A stretch of 64,000 nucleotides of DNA from Candidatus Xenobia bacterium. Lineage in GTDB: Bacteria > Vulcanimicrobiota > Xenobia > Xenobiales > QWHO01. The notes under the pieces are model-generated. The model was given only the letters and a program-made list of their open reading frames with translations, had not been told where the DNA came from and did not search any database. The DNA is taken from positions 1 to 64,000 of the forward strand of contig BTUM01000008.1 of the NCBI GenBank assembly GCA_045863235.1, in the 5' to 3' direction. Numbering within the stretch: the stretch's first letter is position 1; the number at the start of each line of letters is the position of its first letter. The translations under genes were made by a program, and so were the position numbers. Below are positions 20,220 to 29,982 of this stretch, one piece after another.

Positions 20220-21335
20220 ATGATTATCGGGACTCAGAGTTTCCAGCCGCCGTCCGCCGGGCGCACCGTCTCCACCGCCTGCAACGGCGGTTGCAGCCAC
20301 AGCCGCGATTCGGCCCAACTCGGCGATCCCACCAGCCTTCCGGATGTCTGCCCCAAGAGCCTGGCCAAAGGGATCACCCGCCCCTGCCCCCTGAAGGTGG
20401 CCCTGCAGGCCCGGGTAGCCTCCGAGACGGTGGCCCAGCAGCTGACCGGCATCCCGGTGTCGCCCGTGCTGAGTAAGCCCGACCCGGCCACCACGCAGAA
20501 GCTGAAAGAGCTGCTTCCCGACAAGCCCTTCGTCATCGAAGCCGGCCGGGCGGCCGAGCTGGCCAAGACGCTGGGCATCTCGGGCGAGCAGCTGATGCTC
20601 GAGCTGATCCCGGTGGCCAAGGAGATGGCCCGCCCCCCCGTGTCCGAGTATCTGGTCGGCGCCGTAGGCCGGGGCGAAAGCGGCAACCTCTATCTCGGCG
20701 TCAACCTCGAGTTCGGCAAGCAAGCCCTCAATCAGACCACCCACGGCGAGCAGTTCGTGGTTCAGAACGCGATGCACGCCGGGGAAGCGCGCCTGACCAG
20801 CCTGGCCGTTTCGGCCGAGCCCTGCGGACACTGCCGCCAGTTCCTCAATGAATTGACCGGAGCCAAAGAGCTCGAGATCCTGATCCCCGAAAAGCCCAAG
20901 GTGCAACTCAAGGAGCTGCTCCCCCGCGACTTCGGCCCCCAGGACCTGGGCGTCAAGGCGGCCGTGCTCTCTCCTCAGGCCCACAGCCTGAGCCTGCCCG
21001 AGGCCGACGAGCTGACCGGTCAGGCCCTCCAGGCCGCCAACAAGTCCTACTCGCCCTACAGCCAGAGCCCCTCGGGCGTGGCCATCCAGCTCAAGGACGG
21101 CTCGGTCTTTACCGGCTCTTACATCGAAAACGCTGCCTTCAACCCCAGCCTGTCGCCCCTGCAGGCAGCGCTGATGAACGTGGTGGCGGCCAAGAGGTCT
21201 TACGAGGAGATCGACCGGGTGGTGCTGGTCGAGCGCCAGGACGGCAAGGCCAGCCAGGACTTCGCCACCAGCGCGGTGCTGGCCAGCATCGCGCCCAGCG
21301 CCGAATACACGGTTCGCCAGGCCAAAGGAGAGTAA
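20220..21335 (+). CDS. cdd: cytidine deaminase (two-domain homodimeric type) with ~90 aa N-terminal extension
   Basis: GVNLEF, HGEQ, PCGHCRQF Zn motifs, second domain SYSPYS...ENAAFNPS. Confidence 0.92.
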   Translation: MIIGTQSFQPPSAGRTVSTACNGGCSHSRDSAQLGDPTSLPDVCPKSLAKGITRPCPLKVALQARVASETVAQQLTGIPVSPVLSKPDPATTQKLKELLPDKPFVIEAGRAAELAKTLGISGEQLMLELIPVAKEMARPPVSEYLVGAVGRGESGNLYLGVNLEFGKQALNQTTHGEQFVVQNAMHAGEARLTSLAVSAEPCGHCRQFLNELTGAKELEILIPEKPKVQLKELLPRDFGPQDLGVKAAVLSPQAHSLSLPEADELTGQALQAANKSYSPYSQSPSGVAIQLKDGSVFTGSYIENAAFNPSLSPLQAALMNVVAAKRSYEEIDRVVLVERQDGKASQDFATSAVLASIAPSAEYTVRQAKGE

Positions 21336-21342
21336 ATTCCCG

Positions 21343-22866
21343 ATGCAAACCCCGAGCGTGGGAGGGGGGCCTAACAATCCGAGTGTGCGACTCACGTTGC
21401 TGCACACCAATGACGTGCACGGCTTCGTGCTGCCGGTGGAAGACAAGGTGGTGCTGGGCCAGAAGGTCAAGCTGGGCGGCGCGGCCCACCTGGCCACCCT
21501 GGTCTCGCAGAAGAAGGCCGAGAACCCAGGCAACACCGCGCTCGTCGACTGCGGCGACGCTGTCCACGGGGCCCTGACCACCGACTTCGACCAGGGCCGG
21601 TCGATGGTGGACGTCATGAACCGGGTGGGCTATGACGTGGCCACCCTGGGCAACCACGACTTCCAGTGGACCGTTCCGGTTCTGGAAGAGCGCCTGCAGG
21701 CCACTCGCCACCCGGTCGTGCTGGCCAACGTGGAGAAAACCGACGGCAGCCGTCTGCCCAACACTTCTCCCTATGTCATTCGCGAGCTGGGGGGCCTGAA
21801 GGTGGCCTTTATCGGTCTGGTGACCGAGGATACGGGCACCCAACAGCGGGCCGACCGGGTGCGCGGGGCCCGCTTCCAGACCGCCGAGAGCGCCTTGCGT
21901 CAGCAAATCGCGGAGGCCCGCGGGGACGGGGCCGAGGTGCTGGTGGTGGTCAGCCACTGCGGCCTGCCGGCCGACGTCCGCATGGCCGAGCAGTTCCCCG
22001 GACAGGGCCTCGTCTTCCTGGGCGGACACAGCCACGATCGCACCGAGAAGCCGCTCAACGTGGCCGGCAACATCCTGGTTCAGGCCGGCTCTCTGGGCAA
22101 GGAGCTCGGGCAACTCGACCTGGAGATCGACCTGGTCACCAAACGCGTGGTGGGGACGGACTTCAAGCTGCTCACCGTCAACCCGGAAGAGATCCCGGCC
22201 GATCCCGAGATCGAGCGCCTGGTGCAGAGTTACGAGCAGCGAGCCCGAGTGGCCATGGGCGCGGTGGTGGCCCACCTGCCGGCCACGCTGACCCGCAGCC
22301 GGACCACCGATTCCGGGGTCGGCAACCTGGTTTGCGACGCCATGCGCGAGATGGCCGGGGCCGAGCTCGCCTTCACCAATGCCGAGGGGCTGCGCTCCGA
22401 CCTTCCGGCCGGCCCCGTCACACGCGGCCAGCTCTACGACGTCACCCCTTATGGCGGGCAGCTCAAGGTTGGCAAGATCAAAGGCAGCGACGTGCAGGAG
22501 GCGCTGGAGCACTCGTTGCTCGAGTGGGAAGAAGACCACGGCCTGCAACTCGGCTTCCTGCAGGTCTCCGGGCTCAAGTTCCAGTACGACAGCAACAAGC
22601 CCCAGGGGCAGCGGATCGTGAGCGTGGAGGTGGGCGGCCAGCCGCTCGAGCCCGAGCGTGAGTACACCATCGCGCTGGAGGATTACCTGGCTACCGGCAA
22701 GCTGGGCTACGACGCGCTCGCCCGCGGCCAGTACCACGAGGTGGGCAACACCGTGATGGAGGCCCTGGAGGAGTACATGGTGGCCAAGAACGGCCAGCTC
22801 AATCCCGCCAGCGAGGGCCGCATCGTGGATGTGGCGCTCCGGGCAAAGCCCCTGGCTGGAACGTAA
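21343..22866 (+). CDS. 5'-nucleotidase / UDP-sugar hydrolase family metallophosphoesterase, no Sec signal
   Basis: LHTNDVHG, DCGD, LGNHDF, SHCG, GGHSH; C-terminal domain with FLQVSGL. Confidence 0.92.
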   Translation: MQTPSVGGGPNNPSVRLTLLHTNDVHGFVLPVEDKVVLGQKVKLGGAAHLATLVSQKKAENPGNTALVDCGDAVHGALTTDFDQGRSMVDVMNRVGYDVATLGNHDFQWTVPVLEERLQATRHPVVLANVEKTDGSRLPNTSPYVIRELGGLKVAFIGLVTEDTGTQQRADRVRGARFQTAESALRQQIAEARGDGAEVLVVVSHCGLPADVRMAEQFPGQGLVFLGGHSHDRTEKPLNVAGNILVQAGSLGKELGQLDLEIDLVTKRVVGTDFKLLTVNPEEIPADPEIERLVQSYEQRARVAMGAVVAHLPATLTRSRTTDSGVGNLVCDAMREMAGAELAFTNAEGLRSDLPAGPVTRGQLYDVTPYGGQLKVGKIKGSDVQEALEHSLLEWEEDHGLQLGFLQVSGLKFQYDSNKPQGQRIVSVEVGGQPLEPEREYTIALEDYLATGKLGYDALARGQYHEVGNTVMEALEEYMVAKNGQLNPASEGRIVDVALRAKPLAGT

Positions 22867-22930
22867 TTCGAGCGCCCGCTGCCTTGAGCGGGGGGGGAAA
22901 CCCGACCGAGGGGAGAGAATTTCCGACCCA

Positions 22931-23299
22931 GTGGAACGCAACACCCGCCAGCGCGACGCCATTCGCAAAGCCCTCGTCGAGGCCGACCGGCCGCTCAGCC
23001 CGGCCGAAGTGCTGGCGGCGGCCAAGGAGTTCTCGCCGGGGCTTGGAATCGCTACCGTCTACCGCAACCTGAAGGGGCTGGAAGAGGAATCGCTGATCGC
23101 CCGCATCGAGCTACCCGGCGAGGCGCCCCGCTTCGAGATGGCCGGCAAGCACCACCACCATCATTTCCACTGCCGCACCTGCGGCAAGGTGTTCGAGGTG
23201 GAGGGTTGTCCGGGCGATCTCTCGGCTCTTTCTCCGCCCGGTTTCCGGCTCGAGGGCCACGAGCTGGTGCTCTACGGCACCTGCACTTTCTGTCCGTAG
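22931..23299 (+). CDS. Fur family transcriptional regulator
   Basis: TRQRDAI, ATVYRNL, HHHHFHCRTCG, C-terminal CxxC. Confidence 0.92.
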   Translation: MERNTRQRDAIRKALVEADRPLSPAEVLAAAKEFSPGLGIATVYRNLKGLEEESLIARIELPGEAPRFEMAGKHHHHHFHCRTCGKVFEVEGCPGDLSALSPPGFRLEGHELVLYGTCTFCP

Positions 23300-23598
23300 C
23301 GATAGACGAAGAAGCTCAAGCCTCCCAGCGACAGCGCCCAGCCCCAGCCCATGAAGCCGAACGCCCACATGGTCACGGGCACGGTCAGGTTGACCAGGGA
23401 TGCGTAATGCGCCAGCGTCAAGGTCACCGGCGTCTCCTTCCAGAACGAGATCAGCCACAAACAGGCAGCGGATGCCAGGAAGACGATCCCGAGCAAACGC
23501 ACCGGCCCGTCAAACCAGACCAGGATGAAGCCCAGGATGCCGTCGAGCAGCATCAACATCACGCCCAGAAAACGGGCGAACACCGGCTTGAGACTCAC
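23272..23598 (-). CDS. small 4-TM membrane protein
   Basis: Hydrophobic ORF overlapping neighbours in an operon. Confidence 0.6.
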   Translation of the reverse strand: MSLKPVFARFLGVMLMLLDGILGFILVWFDGPVRLLGIVFLASAACLWLISFWKETPVTLTLAHYASLVNLTVPVTMWAFGFMGWGWALSLGGLSFFVYRYGQKVQVP

Positions 23599-23897
23599 GA
23601 TCGTGCCTCCTTTGCTCGTCGAATGGCCACCAGGGCGGCCAGGGCCAGCAAGCCGTAAACCAGGGCAAAGCCGAGCAGCGACGGGCGCAGCCAGACCAGA
23701 CCCGCAGCCAGCAGCAGGTTGAGCAGCACGGCGTAGCCGGCGTCTCGGCCGGCGGCCGGACGCGGGCTGGAGAAACGGAGCAGCCAGAGGGCCGCAAAGC
23801 CCAGCAGCACGGCCGCTCCCAGCAGGCGGAGCTTGAGGCAGAGGATGGCCAGCACCACGTCCACCGCTGCCAGCGTGCTCAGGACCGCTTTCGTCAT
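23595..23897 (-). CDS. small 4-TM membrane protein
   Basis: MTKAVLSTLAAVDVVLAIL...; ATGA overlap with cyclase gene. Confidence 0.55.
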   Translation of the reverse strand: MTKAVLSTLAAVDVVLAILCLKLRLLGAAVLLGFAALWLLRFSSPRPAAGRDAGYAVLLNLLLAAGLVWLRPSLLGFALVYGLLALAALVAIRRAKEARS

Positions 23898-24652
23898 GGG
23901 CAGACCGCCAGCACCCGGGCGGGAAAGTTGGGAGCGTCGCCGGCCTTGGGGAAGGTCACCAGGGCCATGGCGCCGACTTCGGGCACCAGGTCGAGGTTGG
24001 CCAGGAACTCGATCTGGTAGCGGTCCTGGCTGAGAATGTAGGCCTCGCAGGCAAACCACTCGTGCAGCACTTCGGGCAGGGGGCGGTCGGGAGGGATGGG
24101 GCGGCCGGTGCTCGAGCCCGGATCAGGGTCTCCCGTCTCGTGGCCCGAGGCCGTGATCTTGCACACCTCGTAGAGATAACGCAGCACCTCCAGCGACCAG
24201 CCGGGAGTGCGGCCCTGGTTGGCGATGGCCTCGGGGTCGGGCCAGCGTCGGCTCCAACCCGTGCAAAGGGCCACGAAGGCCCCCTCGGGGATGGTGCCGT
24301 GGCGGGCCTCCCAGGCCTGCACGTCGGCCATCTCCACCACCGTATCAGGGTTCTGCTCGACCCGAGAGCGAATGTCGAGCACGACCAGGGGCAGGATCAT
24401 CTCCTCCGGGCGCAGGTCCTCCACCTTGCGACCGCCCCGGAACATGTGGGCGGGAGCGTCCACGTGGGTGCCCCAGGCGCCCACCAGGGTGTGGTAGACG
24501 GCCCAGAAACCGAATCGGTCGAGTTGCAGGGCATCTTGCCGGGTCTCATCCAGGTAGCCCGGATAATGCGGAATGCCGGGCCGGAAGGTCTGGGTCAGGT
24601 CGACCAGCCTCCTGGAACGCAGGCTCCGAGCCAGTTCCCACAATTCGTGCAT
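23894..24652 (-). CDS. cyclase family (kynurenine formamidase-like) metal hydrolase
   Basis: LVDLT, GTHVDAPAH, TPGWS, QIEFLANL, FPARVLA. Confidence 0.9.
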   Translation of the reverse strand: MHELWELARSLRSRRLVDLTQTFRPGIPHYPGYLDETRQDALQLDRFGFWAVYHTLVGAWGTHVDAPAHMFRGGRKVEDLRPEEMILPLVVLDIRSRVEQNPDTVVEMADVQAWEARHGTIPEGAFVALCTGWSRRWPDPEAIANQGRTPGWSLEVLRYLYEVCKITASGHETGDPDPGSSTGRPIPPDRPLPEVLHEWFACEAYILSQDRYQIEFLANLDLVPEVGAMALVTFPKAGDAPNFPARVLAVCP

Positions 24653-24756
24653 CCCGTTGGTTCACATCCCGGCAACAAAAGGTTAACGAGAATGTTACCT
24701 TGGCTGTGAGCTTCCCTACAACCTGCCTTCCGCTGCTCGACTATGCTGGTTTCAAG

Positions 24757-25101
24757 ATGACCACGAAGCGCCTCCAGGAGCGGGTTCAGGAATGCCTTCC
24801 GGCCTGGTATCGTTGCGACCAGCGGAACTTCCTCCGAAGCTCCATCCTGGACGTGAGCGAAGGGGGAGCACGCCTGGTGGCCACCGAGGCCGTGCCTGAA
24901 GGAGAGGTGCACCTGACCCTGCGCCTCGGATCCGAACACGTGACCCTGGTGGCCACCCGGGCCTGGCAAAAGCCTCTGCGACGGGGGTCTGGCTTCCTCG
25001 TCGGGCTGTGTTTCGGCGCCATGGATAGCTCCGAGTCCGCTCGCCTGCAACGCTGGGTGCGCCGCCGGGTGCAGCTGCGCGAGTTGCAGGGGGTGGCCTG
25101 A
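24757..25101 (+). CDS. PilZ domain protein
   Basis: RLQER (RxxxR), DVSEGG, LVGLCF. Confidence 0.8.
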   Translation: MTTKRLQERVQECLPAWYRCDQRNFLRSSILDVSEGGARLVATEAVPEGEVHLTLRLGSEHVTLVATRAWQKPLRRGSGFLVGLCFGAMDSSESARLQRWVRRRVQLRELQGVA

Positions 25102-25260
25102 GTGGGACGCGACCGACGCGTGAAGCGCGACCTGCACGCGCTGGATCAGAACGGCATGGTGCTCTGCAATCCGAGAGACAAAGAGGCGGCCCACCGGGCC
25201 CAGGTTGAGGGGATTGTGCAAAAACAGACTGGTCTTGCACGTCACGTCAGATTGACCTGA
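25102..25260 (+). CDS. possible small protein (52 aa)
   Basis: GTG directly after PilZ stop, reads VGRDRRVKRDLHALDQNGMVLCNPRDKEAAHRAQVEGIV...; below ORF-track cutoff. Confidence 0.3.
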   Translation: MGRDRRVKRDLHALDQNGMVLCNPRDKEAAHRAQVEGIVQKQTGLARHVRLT

Positions 25261-25268
25261 TGGGCAAG

Positions 25269-26384
25269 TTAGAAGGCAAACACAACCGGCAGTAATTCGT
25301 TCGGCCCCCCGCCGGCCGGGAAAGGCGAGCCGGGAATCGACGTGGTGGAAGCGTTGGGCCCGATCTGGAAACCGTTGATCAGGTTGGCCGGCCGATCCGC
25401 GGCGTAAAGGAACGGCGCGTTGGGAACCGGGTAGCTCACGATGTCCGCGCCCCCACCGGGCTTCGGATAACCGGCGAGCAGGGTCACCCCCCCGGTGGCC
25501 GGATCGACCGAGAAGGCGCTCAGGCTGCGACTGGTGCGGTCGCCGATGAACAAAACCTGGTCGCGGAAGGCAAAACGAGCCGTGGCGGCTCCGGCGGGCG
25601 CGTAGCTCACCGGAAACCCGGCCAGCTGGCTCAAGCTGCCATCGGCGTTCCGCCGGAAGCCGTTCAGGAAGCCATCCGCCACGGACACGTAGACGAAGCT
25701 GTTCGCGGGCTCCACTTCCAACGCGAAGGGCTGGTCTCCGGTGGGGGTATGGGCCACGTCGGTGAGGGCTCCGGTCCGGCCATTCAACTGGTAGGTCACG
25801 ATCTCATCGGCACCAAAGTCCGCCACGTAGAGGAAGTTGTTGTCGAGATCAAAGCTGCCGTTGCGCAGCTCGGTGAGGCCCCGGATCGGGAATCCGGTCA
25901 GCCGCGTGAGGGCACCGGTGGTCTGGTCGACTCGAAATCCATCGATTCCGTCCTCTCCAAGGGAATACAGAAACTGGCCCGTACGATCCAGGATGATGTT
26001 GTTCTCCGGCTCGCTGGTCACCGGGAATCCAGCCAGAGGCGTGAGGCGCCCCGTGTTGCCATCCATCGCGAAACCAAGAATCTCGTTGCTGGTGAAGCTT
26101 CCCGCGTAGACGAACGGGCTGCCGGGGCTGTTCTCGAGCGACAGGATACCGGCGTTGGTGGCCAGAGGAGAGTTGGCGGTGCGGACCAATGAGCCGTCCG
26201 CGGCGCTGACCTCGAAGATATCGATGCTGTCGCCCGGGCTGTTGGCGGCCAACAGATACATCACCAACCGCCCGATGGGGGGAACCGGCGCGGGCGGTTG
26301 GGGCGGGCCGCCCCCCGAACTCTCGTCGCCTCCGCAGCCAGCGAACATCAGAACGCAGAGCAGCGCGATGACCAATCGCTTCAT
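25269..26384 (-). CDS. lipoprotein, lactonase-family 7-bladed beta-propeller
   Basis: Lipobox MFAGC; repeated D..G.FLY / F.VD..TG.LT.L.GFP blades. Confidence 0.85.
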   Translation of the reverse strand: MKRLVIALLCVLMFAGCGGDESSGGGPPQPPAPVPPIGRLVMYLLAANSPGDSIDIFEVSAADGSLVRTANSPLATNAGILSLENSPGSPFVYAGSFTSNEILGFAMDGNTGRLTPLAGFPVTSEPENNIILDRTGQFLYSLGEDGIDGFRVDQTTGALTRLTGFPIRGLTELRNGSFDLDNNFLYVADFGADEIVTYQLNGRTGALTDVAHTPTGDQPFALEVEPANSFVYVSVADGFLNGFRRNADGSLSQLAGFPVSYAPAGAATARFAFRDQVLFIGDRTSRSLSAFSVDPATGGVTLLAGYPKPGGGADIVSYPVPNAPFLYAADRPANLINGFQIGPNASTTSIPGSPFPAGGGPNELLPVVFAF

Positions 26385-26490
26385 CAGGAAAAACTCCCTC
26401 CCTGGACGTTCTGCCCGCGTTCGGTGGAAGCTCCAATGCACCTCTACCTGCGCCCGGCGTGGCGAGCTCAGAGCCCGCGCTGCCGGGTGC

Positions 26491-29400
26491 TCAGATCACC
26501 ACCCGATGGCTCTCACCCGGCTCCAGGCGCAGCCGGTAGCGCACCCGGCCATCGCTCTGGGGTACCTCCTCGGGCCCCCGCCCGGGCGGCAGAGGCGGGG
26601 TGAGCACCTCGACTGCCACCGGCGTGCCACTCAGCGAGAGCTGGTAGCTCTCCGAGTCGTATCGCTGCTCTACCTGCCACTCTCCGCGGCCGGCCGGGTC
26701 CTTCAGGTCCAGGCGGATGGATGAGCCTTCCAGGGCGGTCGGGATGTGAGGAGCCACGCTCAGCTTGCCGGGCTCGCTGTGCAGCCCGGCCACGACCTCC
26801 ACCAGGCCCCAGGGAAGCGAGGCGTTGGTCCAGCCAAACCCCGGGCCCTCGCCCTGGGTCTCCTCGTAGCGCCCCTTCTGCACCGGGGGCGGCCCGCCCG
26901 AGACCACATCATAGCGCTCGAGGATGGTTCCGTCCCGGCCCTCGACCTTCTCGATGGTATCCAGCCACTTGCCGATCCAGCGGCTGGCAGCCTCATAGTC
27001 GCCATAACGCACGGCGCCCTCGATGGCCATCATGTGCAGGGGGGCCCAACCCGAAGGGCCGTTCCACTGCATCTCGGGATGTCCGTAGTCCTCGGCCGTG
27101 GCCGCCAGGCCATGCTCTTTCTCGAAACGGCTCAAACTGGCCAGGCTACGCTCGATCATGCGCTTCTCGGCCGGCACCGAAGGATCGAGCATCCCGGCCC
27201 AGAGCGGCCCGGCAGCAGCCGCCAGGGCGTCCTGATCGCGGCACAGTCCCTTGTCGTGGCCCTGGAAGCGGTAGTCCCGGAACATGCCGTCCTCTTCGTC
27301 CCAGCACAGGCGCAGAACCGACTCCTTGCGCAGAGCGGCCTCCTGGCGCCAGTGAGCGGCCTCCTGACCCTTGCCCAACTGGTCCGCCATGGCGGCCATG
27401 TCGTTGGAGTAGCGATACAGGAAGGCGTTCAGGTCGGGCGGCACCAGATCCAGAGTGCGGTCGTAGAAACGCGAGGTGGTGTCGAAGCCCGATTCGTCCA
27501 TGGCAAACTTGTGGTTGGGCCCGCCCCAACGCGCCAGGCGCACCGACTGGCCGTTGATCTGGGAGATTCCCCGCTCTCCCTCCTGGCACCAGAAATCCCT
27601 GTAGTCACCGCTCATTGCCTGGTAGGCCTTCTCCAGCCAGAGGTCGGCCTCGACCTGGCCCTCCTGAGCAGCGCGCAGAGGGTGGCTCATGCGCACGAGC
27701 TGTGGCAGGATAGGCGGTTGGGACTTGTTGAGGTAGACCGAGCGCGCCGCGTTGGGAACGCGCCCGGTGGAATCGAGCAAGAAGAGCAGGTTGTCAGCCA
27801 TCCCGGCCACCGTCTGGCCGGCCCCCTGCCAGCGCATGCCCATCGCCATGAACAGGGTATCCCAGTTGAACTGGGTCTTGAAGATGCCCAGGCTGGGCAC
27901 AGCCGCTTTGTGAAAGATGGGCATGGCCGAATCTTTGGTCACCACCGAAGGCTCGATGGTGAGCGGCTCCCAGCCGGTGGCGACGCGCTCGTAGAGGCGG
28001 TTCCAACCGGGGCGGCCGGAAAGCGGGCCCAACCCGGTCGCCGGGGTCGCGCTCGGCTCGTTGAGCCAGTCGCGCTGATGGTCGAAGAAACGCTCCAGGG
28101 CCGGGTTGCCGCCGGCACGGAAGAAGGCTCCCAGAATGCTCTGGGGCAGCTTGACCCGGCCCGAGGCGGGCAGCTCCTCGCGGGCGTAGAGCCGGTCACC
28201 CAGCAGCAGGCTGTCGCCCAGGGCGGCCACCAGCAAGCAATCCGAGCCCTTCTGCAGTTGGAAGACGCCCGGCGCCAGCACGGCCAACTCGGCGTCCGGC
28301 AGCTCGATGGAGAAGGGGCCCACTCGGAAAGGACCCTCCAACTTCTGGGAGGCCTGGCGCGAGAGCGGCTCGTTGCCGTAGACCAGTCCGGTCAGACCGC
28401 GTCCCTGCACGGCCGAGATCGCCGTGGGAGAGAACAGGCTTTCGTGCAACTCCAGCATACGCCGATCGCCGGGGCCGGAGGTGGGCTCCAGGCCGACCAG
28501 CTTCTGGCGATGAGCCCCCAGCGGGCTGATCGGGGCCTGGTAAGAAGAGGTCGCCGGAGGCCGCGGACCGAGCAGGTCGCGCACCTCGGAGGGTGAGGCC
28601 AGCTGACGACCCGCGCTATCCCAGAGCAGGCCCTCGGGCGTACGCAGCCGTTCCAGGCTGGCCAGCATGGCGCGGGCGCGGGGGTCGTCGCCCTCGAGCA
28701 CGCCGGCCCGGAGCACCGCCAGGCTGGCCAGGGTCTCCACCGGCGAGCGCCGGTCGCCCTTGAGGTCGCGGAAGGTCTCGCTGTCGGGGTCCCACATGGT
28801 CGCCAGCATGCGCTCTTTGCGAAGCTCCGCCTTCTGGTTCCAACTGGCGGCCTCGTCCGAGCGTCCCAGCCGGGTGGCCATGGTGGCCAGGTCCTTCTCG
28901 GTGCGATAGAGCCAGGCGTTCAGGTCCACCGGCGCGTAGGCCATGGGGTCGCCGTTCTCGAAGCGGTGGGCGTTCTTGGAGCCACCCGACTCCTCCAGCG
29001 TGGCCTCGGGCGAGTAGTCCACATCGCAGAATCGGTTGAGCCCATTGGGAAGCTGCTTGAAGTAACCATCGCTCCAGGAATTGCGATGATCAGATGCGAT
29101 CACGTCGTAGGCTCGGCGCAAGAAATCCGGGTCGTGCGGCTCTTGCAGCACCAGCTCGGAGAAACGGGGCATCCCGGAGCGACCCAGCTCATTGAGCTGG
29201 TTGGAGCCGGGCAGCACGCCGTAGCGCTCGCCCAGGCTGAGAAAGTTCTCCAACAGTCCCCGGGCCGCCTGGGGCTGCCCCTGAGCCCGCAGCTCGGTCA
29301 CCAGGGTGGGCAACTCGTTCAACTCCAGAGCCGAGCCTGGATAGGGGAAAGGCACGTCGATGCGCTGCTGGCTCAGCTGGCCGGTGAAGGTCCAGCCCGG

Positions 29401-29547
29401 CCGCAGCTCGAGCCCGGGCGGCGGGGCCGACTGGGTCTCGCCCAGACGCACGCTATCTTGCGGTTCCGCGCTGGCAGTGGGTCGCGATGTGCGCGCGGCC
29501 GGCAGCGGGCGGGACAAGACGACGCGATCGATCGGTCCGAGATTCAT
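26491..29547 (-). CDS. trehalase-family (GH37-like) protein with duplicated glycosidase domain
   Basis: C-terminal domain QFNWDT, YLNKSQPP, ESGFDTTSRF, PPDLNA, QWNGPSGWAP, ERYDV, GFGWTNA; N-terminal partial copy with ESGG..RF, PVDLNAWLY. Confidence 0.88.
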   Translation of the reverse strand: MNLGPIDRVVLSRPLPAARTSRPTASAEPQDSVRLGETQSAPPPGLELRPGWTFTGQLSQQRIDVPFPYPGSALELNELPTLVTELRAQGQPQAARGLLENFLSLGERYGVLPGSNQLNELGRSGMPRFSELVLQEPHDPDFLRRAYDVIASDHRNSWSDGYFKQLPNGLNRFCDVDYSPEATLEESGGSKNAHRFENGDPMAYAPVDLNAWLYRTEKDLATMATRLGRSDEAASWNQKAELRKERMLATMWDPDSETFRDLKGDRRSPVETLASLAVLRAGVLEGDDPRARAMLASLERLRTPEGLLWDSAGRQLASPSEVRDLLGPRPPATSSYQAPISPLGAHRQKLVGLEPTSGPGDRRMLELHESLFSPTAISAVQGRGLTGLVYGNEPLSRQASQKLEGPFRVGPFSIELPDAELAVLAPGVFQLQKGSDCLLVAALGDSLLLGDRLYAREELPASGRVKLPQSILGAFFRAGGNPALERFFDHQRDWLNEPSATPATGLGPLSGRPGWNRLYERVATGWEPLTIEPSVVTKDSAMPIFHKAAVPSLGIFKTQFNWDTLFMAMGMRWQGAGQTVAGMADNLLFLLDSTGRVPNAARSVYLNKSQPPILPQLVRMSHPLRAAQEGQVEADLWLEKAYQAMSGDYRDFWCQEGERGISQINGQSVRLARWGGPNHKFAMDESGFDTTSRFYDRTLDLVPPDLNAFLYRYSNDMAAMADQLGKGQEAAHWRQEAALRKESVLRLCWDEEDGMFRDYRFQGHDKGLCRDQDALAAAAGPLWAGMLDPSVPAEKRMIERSLASLSRFEKEHGLAATAEDYGHPEMQWNGPSGWAPLHMMAIEGAVRYGDYEAASRWIGKWLDTIEKVEGRDGTILERYDVVSGGPPPVQKGRYEETQGEGPGFGWTNASLPWGLVEVVAGLHSEPGKLSVAPHIPTALEGSSIRLDLKDPAGRGEWQVEQRYDSESYQLSLSGTPVAVEVLTPPLPPGRGPEEVPQSDGRVRYRLRLEPGESHRVVI

Positions 29548-29616
29548 ACACCTGGAATCTTAGCGTACCTTCACTGAAAAACTGTCCAAAGACTCCGCCG
29601 GGTGGTGGAGTCGTGC

Positions 29617-29982
29617 TCAGGCGCCGACCTGCTGCAAGAACTCAAGCCGATTGCCGAACGGGTCATGGCAGTAGAAACGAAGCACGCCCGGCCAGCTGCT
29701 GTCGGTGGAGAGCGAACCGCAGGTGGGCTCCAATCGCCGCCGGATCAGCTCCAGATTGTCCACCTCGAAGGCCACGTGGGCTTTGCGCGCGGGCATGAAG
29801 CGCGGGTCGATCCCCAGGTGAAGATGAAACCCCGGCAGCTCGAACCAGCAGCCGCCCCGCTGAGCCAGCGGCTCGGGCTTGGGAAGCTCGGTGAGGCCGA
29901 GCAGCTCGCCGTAAAAGGCGCGGGCACGCTCCTCACCCCCTACCGGAATTGCGATCTGGGCGTGGTGGGCTGACTTGATCAT
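29617..29982 (-). CDS. VOC/glyoxalase family protein
   Basis: HHAQIAIP, ARAFYGELLGL, HVAFEV, DPFGNRLEF. Confidence 0.92.
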   Translation of the reverse strand: MIKSAHHAQIAIPVGGEERARAFYGELLGLTELPKPEPLAQRGGCWFELPGFHLHLGIDPRFMPARKAHVAFEVDNLELIRRRLEPTCGSLSTDSSWPGVLRFYCHDPFGNRLEFLQQVGA

